Assembly: GCA_949480205.1 (NCBI GenBank)
Contig: CASXXK010000002.1
Location: forward strand, 1,017 to 65,016
DNA from: an uncultured Candidatus Saccharibacteria bacterium
GTDB lineage: Bacteria > Patescibacteriota > Saccharimonadia > Saccharimonadales > Saccharimonadaceae
Reading direction: 5' to 3'
DNA: 64,000 bases
The translations under genes and the position numbers were made by a program. The first letter of the stretch is position 1, and every line of letters starts with the position of its first letter. Below the pieces are notes generated by a model that worked only from the letters and a program-made list of their open reading frames with translations, ran no database searches and was not told the DNA's origin. Shown here piece by piece: positions 41,588 to 51,389 of this stretch.

Positions 41588-42865
41588 TCAAACATCTTGC
41601 CCGTTTAACATTGCCGCTATCACAGCTTCCAGCCCCGAATAGTCAACCATCCCTGCCTGCGTTTCGGCTTCTTTAGCTTGTTCCTTCTCGGCACTTCCAC
41701 CGCGCCGCGTCAAACGCTCACGTATTCTACCAAACCGTTGTTTGATTTGCGTTTTTCGCAATTCTCGTTGTTCCTTACGGACCTCCGCTTCCGTTGGCAA
41801 AATCGGATCAAGCTCATCAAATCTCCCCGGTCTCGATTCTCTCGCCAGCTGCCTCATTCCTGCTCGATATTCGCGATCAGCCTGCTCCTGTGTACGAGTT
41901 ACTCTTTGTGACGAAACTACTTCTTCGGCCGCTGCCGCTTGCGCAATTTCTTCGTCAGTACCGGCATTATCGCCGAATAATGTCTCAAAATCTGTCTGAG
42001 CAAGCTTCCGCTCTTCCTGCTCCGTCGCCTCAACCTCCGCCAAAGCCTGCATCATCTGCTCGCCCAATTCTGGAGTCATATATTTCATCGCCCGCTCAAT
42101 CGCTGCCCGCCGCACCTTCGCTTCAGTCTCATAAGTTTCGCTCGTCACGTCCAACTTTTCCACCCCAAGGGCAATCTTTTCACCCGGTTTTTCGGTTTCA
42201 TTTACTTCTGGCTGTTCAAGAACTTCCTCTGCTGTCCTAGGTGGTACTGGCTGAGCCTGATTCCCCATTTGTAAATTCTGCACCAGAGTAAACTTCCGCT
42301 TCGCTTCATCCAACTCACCCTGAATTTCCGCCAAACGTCCCGCCTTTAAGCGTTTCTCTGCTTCCACCTTATCCTGTTGTAATAAATCACGCGTTTGTAC
42401 CACAATACTTGCCCGCTCTGCCATTAAATCACCAGTTAACTGGTCAATCAGCGCCTGCTGATTACGTAAAAACTCCTCTGGCGTTTTATCTTGTAGTAAC
42501 TCCGCCAATTCCTTCTGCGCTTTCATGTAACCTTTTTCGACACCCACCAAGTGAAAATCTTGCTGCAATTCCAAAATTTCTTCCGCAAAGGCCTTGGGGT
42601 CCGTCTGCGCTAAGTCATACAAGTTCTTTATCGACTCTGCGCTCATCTGGTTACCATAACGATCAGCGCTAGCATCCACCACCTGCGCAATTGCTTCCCC
42701 AGCAGCTTTTTCGTCAGTCATCTCCGCCGTCTCAGCCACCCCTTCACCCTGTGCCCGCTCAGTATCAACCGCGTTCAAAACTTTTTGCCCCGCACCACGA
42801 AATTCCGCACGTGTTGCCTCGCTATTTCGGTCATGTTCACCAGCTTTTAGATTCTCACCTGTCAT
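41588..42865 (-). CDS. Acidic coiled-coil hypothetical protein
   Basis: 425-aa ORF, SD GGAGG. Confidence 0.75.
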   Translation of the reverse strand: MTGENLKAGEHDRNSEATRAEFRGAGQKVLNAVDTERAQGEGVAETAEMTDEKAAGEAIAQVVDASADRYGNQMSAESIKNLYDLAQTDPKAFAEEILELQQDFHLVGVEKGYMKAQKELAELLQDKTPEEFLRNQQALIDQLTGDLMAERASIVVQTRDLLQQDKVEAEKRLKAGRLAEIQGELDEAKRKFTLVQNLQMGNQAQPVPPRTAEEVLEQPEVNETEKPGEKIALGVEKLDVTSETYETEAKVRRAAIERAMKYMTPELGEQMMQALAEVEATEQEERKLAQTDFETLFGDNAGTDEEIAQAAAAEEVVSSQRVTRTQEQADREYRAGMRQLARESRPGRFDELDPILPTEAEVRKEQRELRKTQIKQRFGRIRERLTRRGGSAEKEQAKEAETQAGMVDYSGLEAVIAAMLNGQDV

Positions 42866-42918
42866 TTACGCACCTCCCACATAACTTTTCTTAAATTTAT
42901 CATAAACAGTTTCATCCA

Positions 42919-44703
42919 TCAACCTTCCAGTACTTCTTGAGACGGAAACGAAACAATTCTATCAGTATCATCCGGTGGAATTTCATCCCGCACCACCTTC
43001 TCCACATATCGAGTCGCCGACAAAATCTTGTCCAACAGCTCATTATAAGCCATTTGTTTCATCTGAGACTCCCGCAGCGACTCTTTCAAGTTATCGCGCT
43101 TTCGCTCCGCAATATCACCGTCAACACCTTCCAGTTTGGCTAATTCTTCAGCTACTGCCTTCAAATTTTTAGCCTCGTCATTAATACCGTTCGCTACCCG
43201 CTGCTGAAAAGCCTGCAGAAATTCCAATTTCACTTCTGGCGGCTGCTCACGCTGCATAACTCCCTGCGAGTATAAGCCCTCCAGCGCAAGTTCACCCCGA
43301 CGATACATTTCCGAATCGCCCACTTCTACTCTGTCAGGAGTTAAACCTAAATCTTTCTGACGCCTGCCTTCCTCAATATCTTCAGCCGACGCTTCATAAC
43401 GTGCCCGGATATTCACCAAAAGCACCGCCATCTCATCCAGCATTCGTGCCATCTCCGCCTTGGCTGGGTCGTAATCCTCCAACAAAGCAATTTGCGCTTC
43501 CAATACTTGAGTTAACTTTTGCACCGAATTAATCGTAGTTTCCATCATCGACGTTTCGTCTACGATTTCCGAATCATCAGCCGGCCCCTGGTCAATAACC
43601 TCTCCCTGCGCTTGAACCACTAACTCGTCCTTTGCTGCCTTCGGCGACACAGCCTGCAAAGTCTGTTTCACGCGATCCTGAAACAGACGCTTCGCCGTCA
43701 ACGGTTGTGGGCTATATACAATCTCCACCTCATCATCGCGCAGTTTGTACAATGCCGGAACTGCCTTCTCCACTTTTGGATGCTCTGCATCATACTTCGC
43801 ATCTGCCACCAACTGTTTTTCACGCTCAGCACCTTGCTTGGTATAAGCCTGCAAACGCCGATAATACTCATCTGCCCCCTCTTCCGACCGCCGCGGGTAC
43901 TTGTCTAGTAGAGCCGTCATATCCAGTTTACGTGGAGTATCCGCCACCCGCCATGCAATTTGTTCATCCTCGGTCAGCTCATCACCATTTGCTCCAGCAC
44001 GTAGCCCTTCATTCTGATGGTAAAATTGTTCCAAAATCTGTCGCATACCATAATAAGTTTCGTGCATCAACTTCGACTCAAAATCCTTCGGCAAAACTCG
44101 TTCCCCTTTGCGATTCACTTTCGCCGCACCTAGCCTCTGCGCTTCCTTTTCGGCTAAATCTCGCAAGACCACTTTTGTCGCCAATCCTGCACGCTCTTCA
44201 ATCCCCGCCCGACTCAGCTCCGGTAACTGCTCTCGCAAGTATTTCTTCGCTCCATCCAGCAACACTTCAATCTTTGGCGATTCGTTAATCGGAATACCTG
44301 TCTCTATCCACTGTTCATCCACCAAATCTTGCCAATACTTATCCAAAGGTTGTTTCATGGTTTCTAACCAAGCATCCAACTCTTCGCGGCTCTCATGTAA
44401 CGTGTCCGCAACCTCACCTTCAGCTTTAGTCTCATTCTCTATATCCGAATCAGCCACTAACCCTTCAGCTACCCGCTCAGCCTCCAATACCTGCGTCACC
44501 TTTTCCCCCAGTGTCTGCATCTTACCTGCATTTCCTGAGTTTAATTCAGTCTCTGCCTCCGGCTGCGCCGCCGCAGTCTCGCCCTCAGAGTTAGGCTTGT
44601 TACGTTTCTGTGCAACTTCACTCGCCAAGCGCGCCACCTTGTCCCAATACTGCTCCGTATCGTACACGCTCCCACCACCTTGCTCATGCGAATTCATTGC
44701 CAA
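42919..44703 (-). CDS. Acidic helical hypothetical protein
   Basis: 594-aa ORF, SD GAGGTG; start is TTG 44703 or ATG 44697. Confidence 0.75.
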   Translation of the reverse strand: MAMNSHEQGGGSVYDTEQYWDKVARLASEVAQKRNKPNSEGETAAAQPEAETELNSGNAGKMQTLGEKVTQVLEAERVAEGLVADSDIENETKAEGEVADTLHESREELDAWLETMKQPLDKYWQDLVDEQWIETGIPINESPKIEVLLDGAKKYLREQLPELSRAGIEERAGLATKVVLRDLAEKEAQRLGAAKVNRKGERVLPKDFESKLMHETYYGMRQILEQFYHQNEGLRAGANGDELTEDEQIAWRVADTPRKLDMTALLDKYPRRSEEGADEYYRRLQAYTKQGAEREKQLVADAKYDAEHPKVEKAVPALYKLRDDEVEIVYSPQPLTAKRLFQDRVKQTLQAVSPKAAKDELVVQAQGEVIDQGPADDSEIVDETSMMETTINSVQKLTQVLEAQIALLEDYDPAKAEMARMLDEMAVLLVNIRARYEASAEDIEEGRRQKDLGLTPDRVEVGDSEMYRRGELALEGLYSQGVMQREQPPEVKLEFLQAFQQRVANGINDEAKNLKAVAEELAKLEGVDGDIAERKRDNLKESLRESQMKQMAYNELLDKILSATRYVEKVVRDEIPPDDTDRIVSFPSQEVLEG

Positions 44704-44847
44704 GTATCACCTCTTAGTATTATCCTTATACCTATTCTAGCACTCGCCAGTCAAAAACACAACCAATTTATAAAACCCGAACTTAAGTTCGGGTTTTATA
44801 GCTCGATCGTTACAACGAGTAATCTATCTTATAAATCTTCCTTTCTA

Positions 44848-45102
44848 TTACGCTACCTTCATATTAAACGCTTCGAAAATCTTTGCACCAATACTCGCCC
44901 TCTTAATTCTATCCAAAGCCTCCTTACTTGGTTCTTCTGGCGACTCATATTGTGCTTCATTCTCGTCCGTCTCGCCCATAAATCGTAATGAGTTCCACGT
45001 CTCGGCGTCATCTGTCCGATCTTTAGTTTCAATTGTACTAAAGTCGATAATGTTATTCTTTACATTGGTATCTCCTTGGTTAGTGTTGATTTTTTCGCTC
45101 AT
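44848..45102 (-). CDS. Small acidic hypothetical protein
   Basis: SD AAGGA, promoter TTGACA-17-TAACAT at 45221-45249, hairpin at 44770-44799. Confidence 0.6.
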   Translation of the reverse strand: MSEKINTNQGDTNVKNNIIDFSTIETKDRTDDAETWNSLRFMGETDENEAQYESPEEPSKEALDRIKRASIGAKIFEAFNMKVA

Positions 45103-45383
45103 GGCTTTTCCTTTTTGTATTATTTTTGGTGTTTGCCTTGGCTTACACTCTGGCCTTAGCGTTGATTTTATGGTTAGATATTGTTTGTTTATAGTTTTTA
45201 TTTATTATCTAACTGTCTTTATGTTAGCACACATGCTTCAAAATGTCAATACTTTTTATGCTTTATTTTTGCCAAAAGTGCAAAATTCCCTAATCCCACA
45301 CCTGTTTTAAGCATAAAAAATCCCTCCAACTCGTAATGAGCCGGAGGGCTTTCCTAACTGTTCTTCCGGTAGGTCCGGCATTT

Positions 45384-46658
45384 TTACGCTTTACGAGTTG
45401 CGAACTGCTTGCTACTAAAAAACGCAAAAAGGCTACTTCCATGAGGAATATCATCATAATCATAGTCATAATCCTCACGCTGCTTCACTTTCAGACGTTC
45501 AAGCTCAGCGTTGAACCTGTCAGCACTCCGCACTTCATCATAACGAAAATGCGACGCCTGCTTCACTTCCCCACCCTTCAAAACAGTAATTATCGCTTCT
45601 TCCGATTGCAAATCTACCTCTACCGTCTTGCCGAAGCGCTTCGCGGGCATGGTTTGCACCAGCACACCATAAACATCCTTAATGGTAATCTTGACGTTTT
45701 CCCGCAAAATTTCCCGGAAACCATCCGCGCGCCGCGAGCACGCTTTCAGCTCCTGTCTCTGCTCCCGCAACTGACTCAGCATACTGGTAAACTTTTCCAA
45801 CGTACCTTCTGTCAGGCGCTCGGATTCACCATTGAAGATGAAATTCTCGTTCTCAGCATCCAGCCCCAAACGAGGCAGTTCGGTGCCCTGCATTGTAGCC
45901 AGCGCTTCTGTCACCAAAGCGAATTCTTCCACCACCGCCGCAGCACTCGCCTGCAGCTCCGGCAGTTTTTTGCTCCGCCGACGCTCAGCATCCGCCAATG
46001 CATCCAACATCTGTTGACATGTATCCCGGAATTTCTGAGCGTTTGCTTCATAAAACGCTTCATCGGTGATATCATTCTCATCTTCCAGCCCTCGAAAAAC
46101 GCTCCGGTAGCCCACCGGGACCATGAAATACACACTCTCGGTAGTTTTCCAAATACCCAGAGCATCATGCTTCAACGCATCCCAGCGTAAACGGTTAGCA
46201 TCTGCCAGTGGCTGACGCACCAGCCACTGGGTCGCCTTGCAAGGCGGAGTTAGCTCCAGGGCACGCATACTGAGAAAATCCCAGTCACTGCACATCAACT
46301 CAGACATCAACTTCTTATCCACTTCTTCACAAATGTCTTCCATGTCTTTCGGCGCATCAGAACCAAAATTACTCATCGGCTTTACCCACCATACGGTGGC
46401 CGCCTCCGATAATCCCAATTCCATGCTCTTCAACATCCCTCGACACAGCACCGGTTCATACGGGTTCAAATCGACAATCTTCTCCCCGTCGTGATCCATA
46501 CGAAAATGATCCGTGTTAGTATACAGAATCAGCGATTCTGCCGGTGTCTTTCCCTTGATATAGGGTGACCCAAAACGATGTTTCGTTCCAAAACACGGTC
46601 TCCCAGTGAATAATACCATCTCGTCATTCGTCGGTCTCTTCATACACATAACAATCAC
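45384..46658 (-). CDS. Hypothetical protein (accessory)
   Basis: 424-aa ORF (start may be ATG 46649); hairpin at 45322-45349 after the stop. Confidence 0.75.
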   Translation of the reverse strand: MIVMCMKRPTNDEMVLFTGRPCFGTKHRFGSPYIKGKTPAESLILYTNTDHFRMDHDGEKIVDLNPYEPVLCRGMLKSMELGLSEAATVWWVKPMSNFGSDAPKDMEDICEEVDKKLMSELMCSDWDFLSMRALELTPPCKATQWLVRQPLADANRLRWDALKHDALGIWKTTESVYFMVPVGYRSVFRGLEDENDITDEAFYEANAQKFRDTCQQMLDALADAERRRSKKLPELQASAAAVVEEFALVTEALATMQGTELPRLGLDAENENFIFNGESERLTEGTLEKFTSMLSQLREQRQELKACSRRADGFREILRENVKITIKDVYGVLVQTMPAKRFGKTVEVDLQSEEAIITVLKGGEVKQASHFRYDEVRSADRFNAELERLKVKQREDYDYDYDDIPHGSSLFAFFSSKQFATRKA

Positions 46659-46808
46659 CTTTTCCTTTCTCTGCTTTTTCTGTCAATATGTTTCAATCTT
46701 CTGTGCCACTGAGTTACATGCATCAAAATTTGCCTAAAACCTACTTTACAGCTAGTTTTTAAGCTTCTTGAGGTAGTCTGCGTTCCTTCGCAAAGCCCTC
46801 ATGCTTCC

Positions 46809-46837
46809 ATTGTAGCACACTTTAGCAAAAAAGTCAA
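46809..46837 (-). promoter_or_regulatory. Accessory-type strong sigma70 promoter
   Basis: TTGACTtttttgctaaagtgtgcTACAAT. Confidence 0.8.
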
Positions 46838-46943
46838 TATCTAAACCATAATTCACGCAAGTAAAAGGCTCTCTTACAGAGAGCCTCATTCGTGGTAGAG
46901 CTTGTACTAAATCGTAATAATGTTATGACTAAGAATGTTATAG

Positions 46944-47558
46944 TCACAGGCCAGCGGCAATTTTTTCCTGTTCCAGCACCTGACGCCAAGAAACGTCCAC
47001 CAATTCCATCAAGAACACTATAAACAAATAGCCAATCAGCCCATACAAGAAAGTAGTTGCACCATAGAACACCATTACCGCATGAAAAATTGCCGGCACA
47101 TCGCCCGCCGCGTAAACGCATACCAGCAACATTACCCATGTCACCAGCATCAGCAACAGCACCGCCAATACCTCGTACGACAACCTAGCCCGACCAATCT
47201 GGCGATACTTGCCGATTTCCCGGTAGCGTTCAGTACTAATGTAGATACGCATCACAAACCCAACCAGCACGCCGGCGAGCACTACCAACCCAGGGCGCCA
47301 CGACGGCACCAGTAGTTGTATCGTACAGCCGGTAGCCAACTTGACAATTTGTCCAACGACAGTGTCATAAAAGGTAAACATTGCCAAAGACACTGCAACG
47401 AGAATTATCAAGCAACCCTGCAAACGCCAATATCGTCGCTTGGCCCGGTTTTTCACGGAGGTATATAACGCCGCTTCCCGTGCCATTTGCACAATTGCCT
47501 CCCGTTCTTCTGTGCTCATCTCTGTTTCCAGTACTGCCATTTCAGTCTTTTCTGTCAT
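46944..47558 (-). CDS. Four-TM hypothetical membrane protein (accessory)
   Basis: SD AGGAGG; terminator aggctctcttacagagagcct at 46866-46886. Confidence 0.7.
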   Translation of the reverse strand: MTEKTEMAVLETEMSTEEREAIVQMAREAALYTSVKNRAKRRYWRLQGCLIILVAVSLAMFTFYDTVVGQIVKLATGCTIQLLVPSWRPGLVVLAGVLVGFVMRIYISTERYREIGKYRQIGRARLSYEVLAVLLLMLVTWVMLLVCVYAAGDVPAIFHAVMVFYGATTFLYGLIGYLFIVFLMELVDVSWRQVLEQEKIAAGL

Positions 47559-47725
47559 TTTTCTCCTCCTACAAGATGTTTATCTTACCCAACATTGGGT
47601 AAGATTTCTGTGTACAGAACTTAGCTTCTACCTCAATTCTAACGTAACGAGGCACCAGCTAAGCTTGGGTTTTTACGAAACTCGCCAAAAATCAGCAAAG
47701 CCGTCAAAAACCGCCCCATACCACC

Positions 47726-47754
47726 ATTATATCACACCTTATCAGAAAAGTCAA
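47726..47754 (-). promoter_or_regulatory. Accessory-type strong sigma70 promoter
   Basis: TTGACTtttctgataaggtgtgaTATAAT, just after the ileS stop. Confidence 0.8.
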
Positions 47755-47765
47755 TGATAGCCAGT

Positions 47766-50700
47766 TTAAGCCTTTTCCAAGCTAAGCATTACATTTTCAC
47801 CCGCCACCTTGGCAATTTCATCGTAAGCGTAGTTCCCTTCTTTACCAAGGTCGGTCGCCAAAACTTCATTCATCACCGTCTCACGCCACTCAGCTGGCAC
47901 TTCACAGTTCAGGCTCAACTTGATTCGATCGTCCACCTGCAAACCAGCTTTCTTGCGTGCCGCCTGCACCGCCCGAATCAACTCACGCACAAAGCCTTCG
48001 CGTGCCAATTCCTCGGTAATATTCTTATCTAGCCAAGACTCTGCACCGTTCTCCACCGTCTTCACATTCACCTCATCGCGCACAATTTCCTCGCCCCATT
48101 CTGGCAACTTCTCACCCGCATAAACAAACTTCGCTAGCGGCTGGCGCACCTTAATCTGCGCCTCGGTATCCGATTTTTGCATCCGCAGCGCCAAGCCCTC
48201 ATTAATCACCTCACGCACGCGCGCCATTTGGTCTAGAATTTCTTGATCAATCTCACCTGACTCAGTCCAGTCCGTCAAATGTACCGAGTTCTCTGGGTCG
48301 CCATCAGCCACCACGTTCTGCCACAGTTCCTCCGCCAAGAACGGCGTGAATGGTGCCAAAACTTGCGCCAACTTCAACAAGACCTTCCACAAAGTCCAAT
48401 ATGCCTCAGCTTTATCCGCATCGTCTTCACTCTTCCAGAAGCGCCGACGCGACCGCCGCACAAACCAGTTGGAAAGATCGTCCACAAACGGCAATACTCC
48501 CGCAAGTGCCTTCGGAATATTATATTCTTCCATGCCGGCCGTCACATCACGCTTCAGCTCGTGTAAGCGCGCAATAATCCACTTGTCCAGAGGATTCTTG
48601 AGCTCGCCCGCCCAGTGACCGTCGTCAGGGCTTTCCCAACCGTCCACACTAGCATAAGTCACAAAGAAATCATAAACATTCCAAATCATCGCCAATTTGC
48701 GTTGCACATCACTTACGTCTTTATCGGTTAAAACGAAATCTTCACCCGACAGCACTGGGCTCGAAAGCAACAAGAAACGTAGCGCATCTGCCGAATACTG
48801 ATCCATCAAAACATTCGGATCGGTGTAATTTCCAAGAGATTTACTCATCTTGCGGCCATCGTTACCGGCCAATGTGCCCGTGGTGATTACGTTTTTGAAA
48901 GCATTGAGCTCTTTGCCAGGTGTTGTGACTGCTTCCTGGCCGAACGCCCCAATACTTGCCAAAGCGGTATTCACCGTATGAACATAATAGAACCACGCAC
49001 GTACTTGGCCAACATATTCCACAATAAAGTCCGCTGGATAATTCCGCTCAAACTTTTCCTTGTTTTCAAACGGATAGTGCAGCTGCGCAAACGGCATCGA
49101 CCCCGACTCAAACCAGCAATCCAAGACCTTCTCGATGCGTTTGAAATGATCCTTTTGCGCATCTGCAGATAAGTTCTCACCTTTTGCGAGTCCGGCGAGC
49201 CTCTCCTCATCTAAAGAATCGGACCCGGCTCGGCCGAGTGATGACTCGCGACAAGGCGAGACCTTGCCTTCAGAATCTACGTACGCATCAAATTCAATCT
49301 CATCCACCCAAGGCCTGTGATAGTCTTTCAGCCGTTTTCCGCTCCACCGCTCTAGCTCATCGTATCCGCCCATTACCACAACCGCCCCAGTTTTTTCGCC
49401 CTTCCAGACCGGCATTGCCGTTGCCCAGAAGCGATCGCGACTCAGATTCCAATCTGGCGCCTGCTCGATATTCTTTTCAAACCGTCCATGCTTGAGATAT
49501 TCTGGGAACCAGTTAATGTTCTCATTTTGAGCAATCATTAGAGGTTTTTGTCCTTGCACGTCAAAGAACCAGCTCGGGAATGCTCGGTACATAATCCGCT
49601 GCTTCGACCGCGGGTTAAACGGATATTCGTGCTTAATATATTCAATCTTCCAGACAATCCCCTTTTCTTCAAGGCATTTCGCGATAAATTTATTCCCCGC
49701 CCAGATTTCAATACCTCGTTCATCCGTATCGCGCACACCTAGCTCGTGCAGCTTATCCGCTGCCTCTGGCAAATAATAGCCATATTCGTCCAATATATCA
49801 ATACAAGGCACGCCGCTTTCTCGACCCAGATTATAGTCGTCTTCGCCATACGCTGGCGCAATATGCACAATCCCCGTACCATCCACATCCGAAACGAACT
49901 CTGCCGCCCACACCTTATAAACATTATCATCCTTCGCTGGATAATAATTCTTCTCAAACTTTTTCCATTCCGTCAACTTCTGCTCATCTTTTGTCTCTAA
50001 TGCATAATACCTAATCCCCACCAATTCGCTACCTTTTATGCAATTGATAATAATCTGGTATCGTCTATCAGCCATTACTTGCGCTAGCTTATTCTTGGCC
50101 AAAACGACAAAATCATTTGTTTCTTTTTCTCGAATTACACAATAATCTAATCCTGGATTTACCGCCAACGCCATATTCGCCGGCAATGTCCATGGAGTAG
50201 TCGTCCAAGACATAAAATAAGCGTGCAACCCAGTATCACGTTTCACCTCTACTCGCTCGCTACCTCCTAAGCACCATTGTTCTAAGATTTCTTCATGACG
50301 CTTCTTATATTCATCAAAAAGCCGATTCCAAAAATCTGCATTTTTAGGACGAAGTGACCCACGCGCAATTTCAAACTTCACATATGCCGATGGGTCCGTC
50401 ACCGTCTGATAGGCATCATTATCCATCGTCACTTCTGACTTCGACACTGGTGTGGCAAACTTCGTATCATACATCAACACCTTAGCACCTTCGTAAATCT
50501 TCCTCTTCCCATACAAAGTCTTGAACGCCCACCAAACACTTTCCATGAAATCCTTATCCATGGTGCGGTACGCCCCCTTAAAATCCACCCAGCGCCCAAT
50601 TCGATCAATCGTTCCCTCCCAAGTCTCCGAATTTGCCACCATACTTTCGCGCGCCTTGAGAATATAATCTTCCAAACTCCATTTAGTACCGATTTCGCGC

Positions 50701-51014
50701 CGGTCCGTGATACCTAGCTGCTTCTCGACAAAATTCTCTGCCGGCAAACCATGACAATCCCAACCCCAGCGACGCTCCACGCGCTTACCGCGCATTGTCC
50801 AAAACCGTGGCACTGCATCCTTCACGATACTTGAAAGCAGGGTACCATGATGTGGCATACCCGTAATAAACGGAGGGCCATCATAAAACACATAAGAATC
50901 ATCTTCCGGACGTTGCTCCACGGATTTCTCAAAAGTCTTGTTCTTTTTCCACCATTCCACCAGCGCTGGCTCATATTCACTAGCTCGCCGCCTTTGCCCT
51001 GCTTTGTATTTCAT
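47766..51014 (-). CDS. ileS: Isoleucine--tRNA ligase (type 2)
   Basis: DGPPF, HHGT (HIGH), GWDCHGLP, WTTTPWTLP, KMSKS. Confidence 0.96.
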   Translation of the reverse strand: MKYKAGQRRRASEYEPALVEWWKKNKTFEKSVEQRPEDDSYVFYDGPPFITGMPHHGTLLSSIVKDAVPRFWTMRGKRVERRWGWDCHGLPAENFVEKQLGITDRREIGTKWSLEDYILKARESMVANSETWEGTIDRIGRWVDFKGAYRTMDKDFMESVWWAFKTLYGKRKIYEGAKVLMYDTKFATPVSKSEVTMDNDAYQTVTDPSAYVKFEIARGSLRPKNADFWNRLFDEYKKRHEEILEQWCLGGSERVEVKRDTGLHAYFMSWTTTPWTLPANMALAVNPGLDYCVIREKETNDFVVLAKNKLAQVMADRRYQIIINCIKGSELVGIRYYALETKDEQKLTEWKKFEKNYYPAKDDNVYKVWAAEFVSDVDGTGIVHIAPAYGEDDYNLGRESGVPCIDILDEYGYYLPEAADKLHELGVRDTDERGIEIWAGNKFIAKCLEEKGIVWKIEYIKHEYPFNPRSKQRIMYRAFPSWFFDVQGQKPLMIAQNENINWFPEYLKHGRFEKNIEQAPDWNLSRDRFWATAMPVWKGEKTGAVVVMGGYDELERWSGKRLKDYHRPWVDEIEFDAYVDSEGKVSPCRESSLGRAGSDSLDEERLAGLAKGENLSADAQKDHFKRIEKVLDCWFESGSMPFAQLHYPFENKEKFERNYPADFIVEYVGQVRAWFYYVHTVNTALASIGAFGQEAVTTPGKELNAFKNVITTGTLAGNDGRKMSKSLGNYTDPNVLMDQYSADALRFLLLSSPVLSGEDFVLTDKDVSDVQRKLAMIWNVYDFFVTYASVDGWESPDDGHWAGELKNPLDKWIIARLHELKRDVTAGMEEYNIPKALAGVLPFVDDLSNWFVRRSRRRFWKSEDDADKAEAYWTLWKVLLKLAQVLAPFTPFLAEELWQNVVADGDPENSVHLTDWTESGEIDQEILDQMARVREVINEGLALRMQKSDTEAQIKVRQPLAKFVYAGEKLPEWGEEIVRDEVNVKTVENGAESWLDKNITEELAREGFVRELIRAVQAARKKAGLQVDDRIKLSLNCEVPAEWRETVMNEVLATDLGKEGNYAYDEIAKVAGENVMLSLEKA
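49162..49274. repeat. Palindromic element in-frame within ileS
   Basis: tctcaccttttgcgagtc / gactcgcgacaaggcgaga arms. Confidence 0.7.
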
Positions 51015-51030
51015 AATGCTCCTTTGTATT

Positions 51031-51207
51031 AATAAAAATCCCGTCGGTTCTTACGACTATAAATCGTTAGAACCCAACGGGCGGTACCATCTAACTTCTT
51101 AGCTAAAAACTAAGCTCTTATTTCATCCTTCTCGCAGACTCACGGGCAATTCTACTAGGGTTTTCCTGTTCTTTCGCCGGCTCGCGGGTGATAACCGCTC
51201 AAACGCC
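51031..51207 (-). ncRNA. ileS T-box riboswitch
   Basis: AUC specifier (51190-51192), AGUA/GAA stem II, antiterminator UUAGA-UGGUACC-GCCC/GGGU-UCUAA, overlapping terminator with U tract. Confidence 0.88.
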
Positions 51208-51279
51208 TTGTCACAATTATAACATAGTTTGCCCTAAAACAGGCAAATTCAAAAGCTTCACCCCAGAAGCGTAAGCCCA

Positions 51280-51308
51280 TTGACTTTTTATATATTCTAT
51301 GCTACAAT
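51280..51308 (+). promoter_or_regulatory. Accessory-type strong sigma70 promoter
   Basis: TTGACTttttatatattctatgcTACAAT. Confidence 0.8.
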
Positions 51309-51389
51309 AAGGATAATGGCACCCAGTGCCTTGGTTTCACATGCCTAACAGGCACCAAAAACTGCTCTTTAATAGAAAGGAAAACGCTT

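Noticed and set aside
45336-46190. Long antisense ORFs (also 40764..41390, 43632..44288, 44108..44740)
   Set aside because: They are shadow frames of minus-strand genes, with no RBS and atypical composition.
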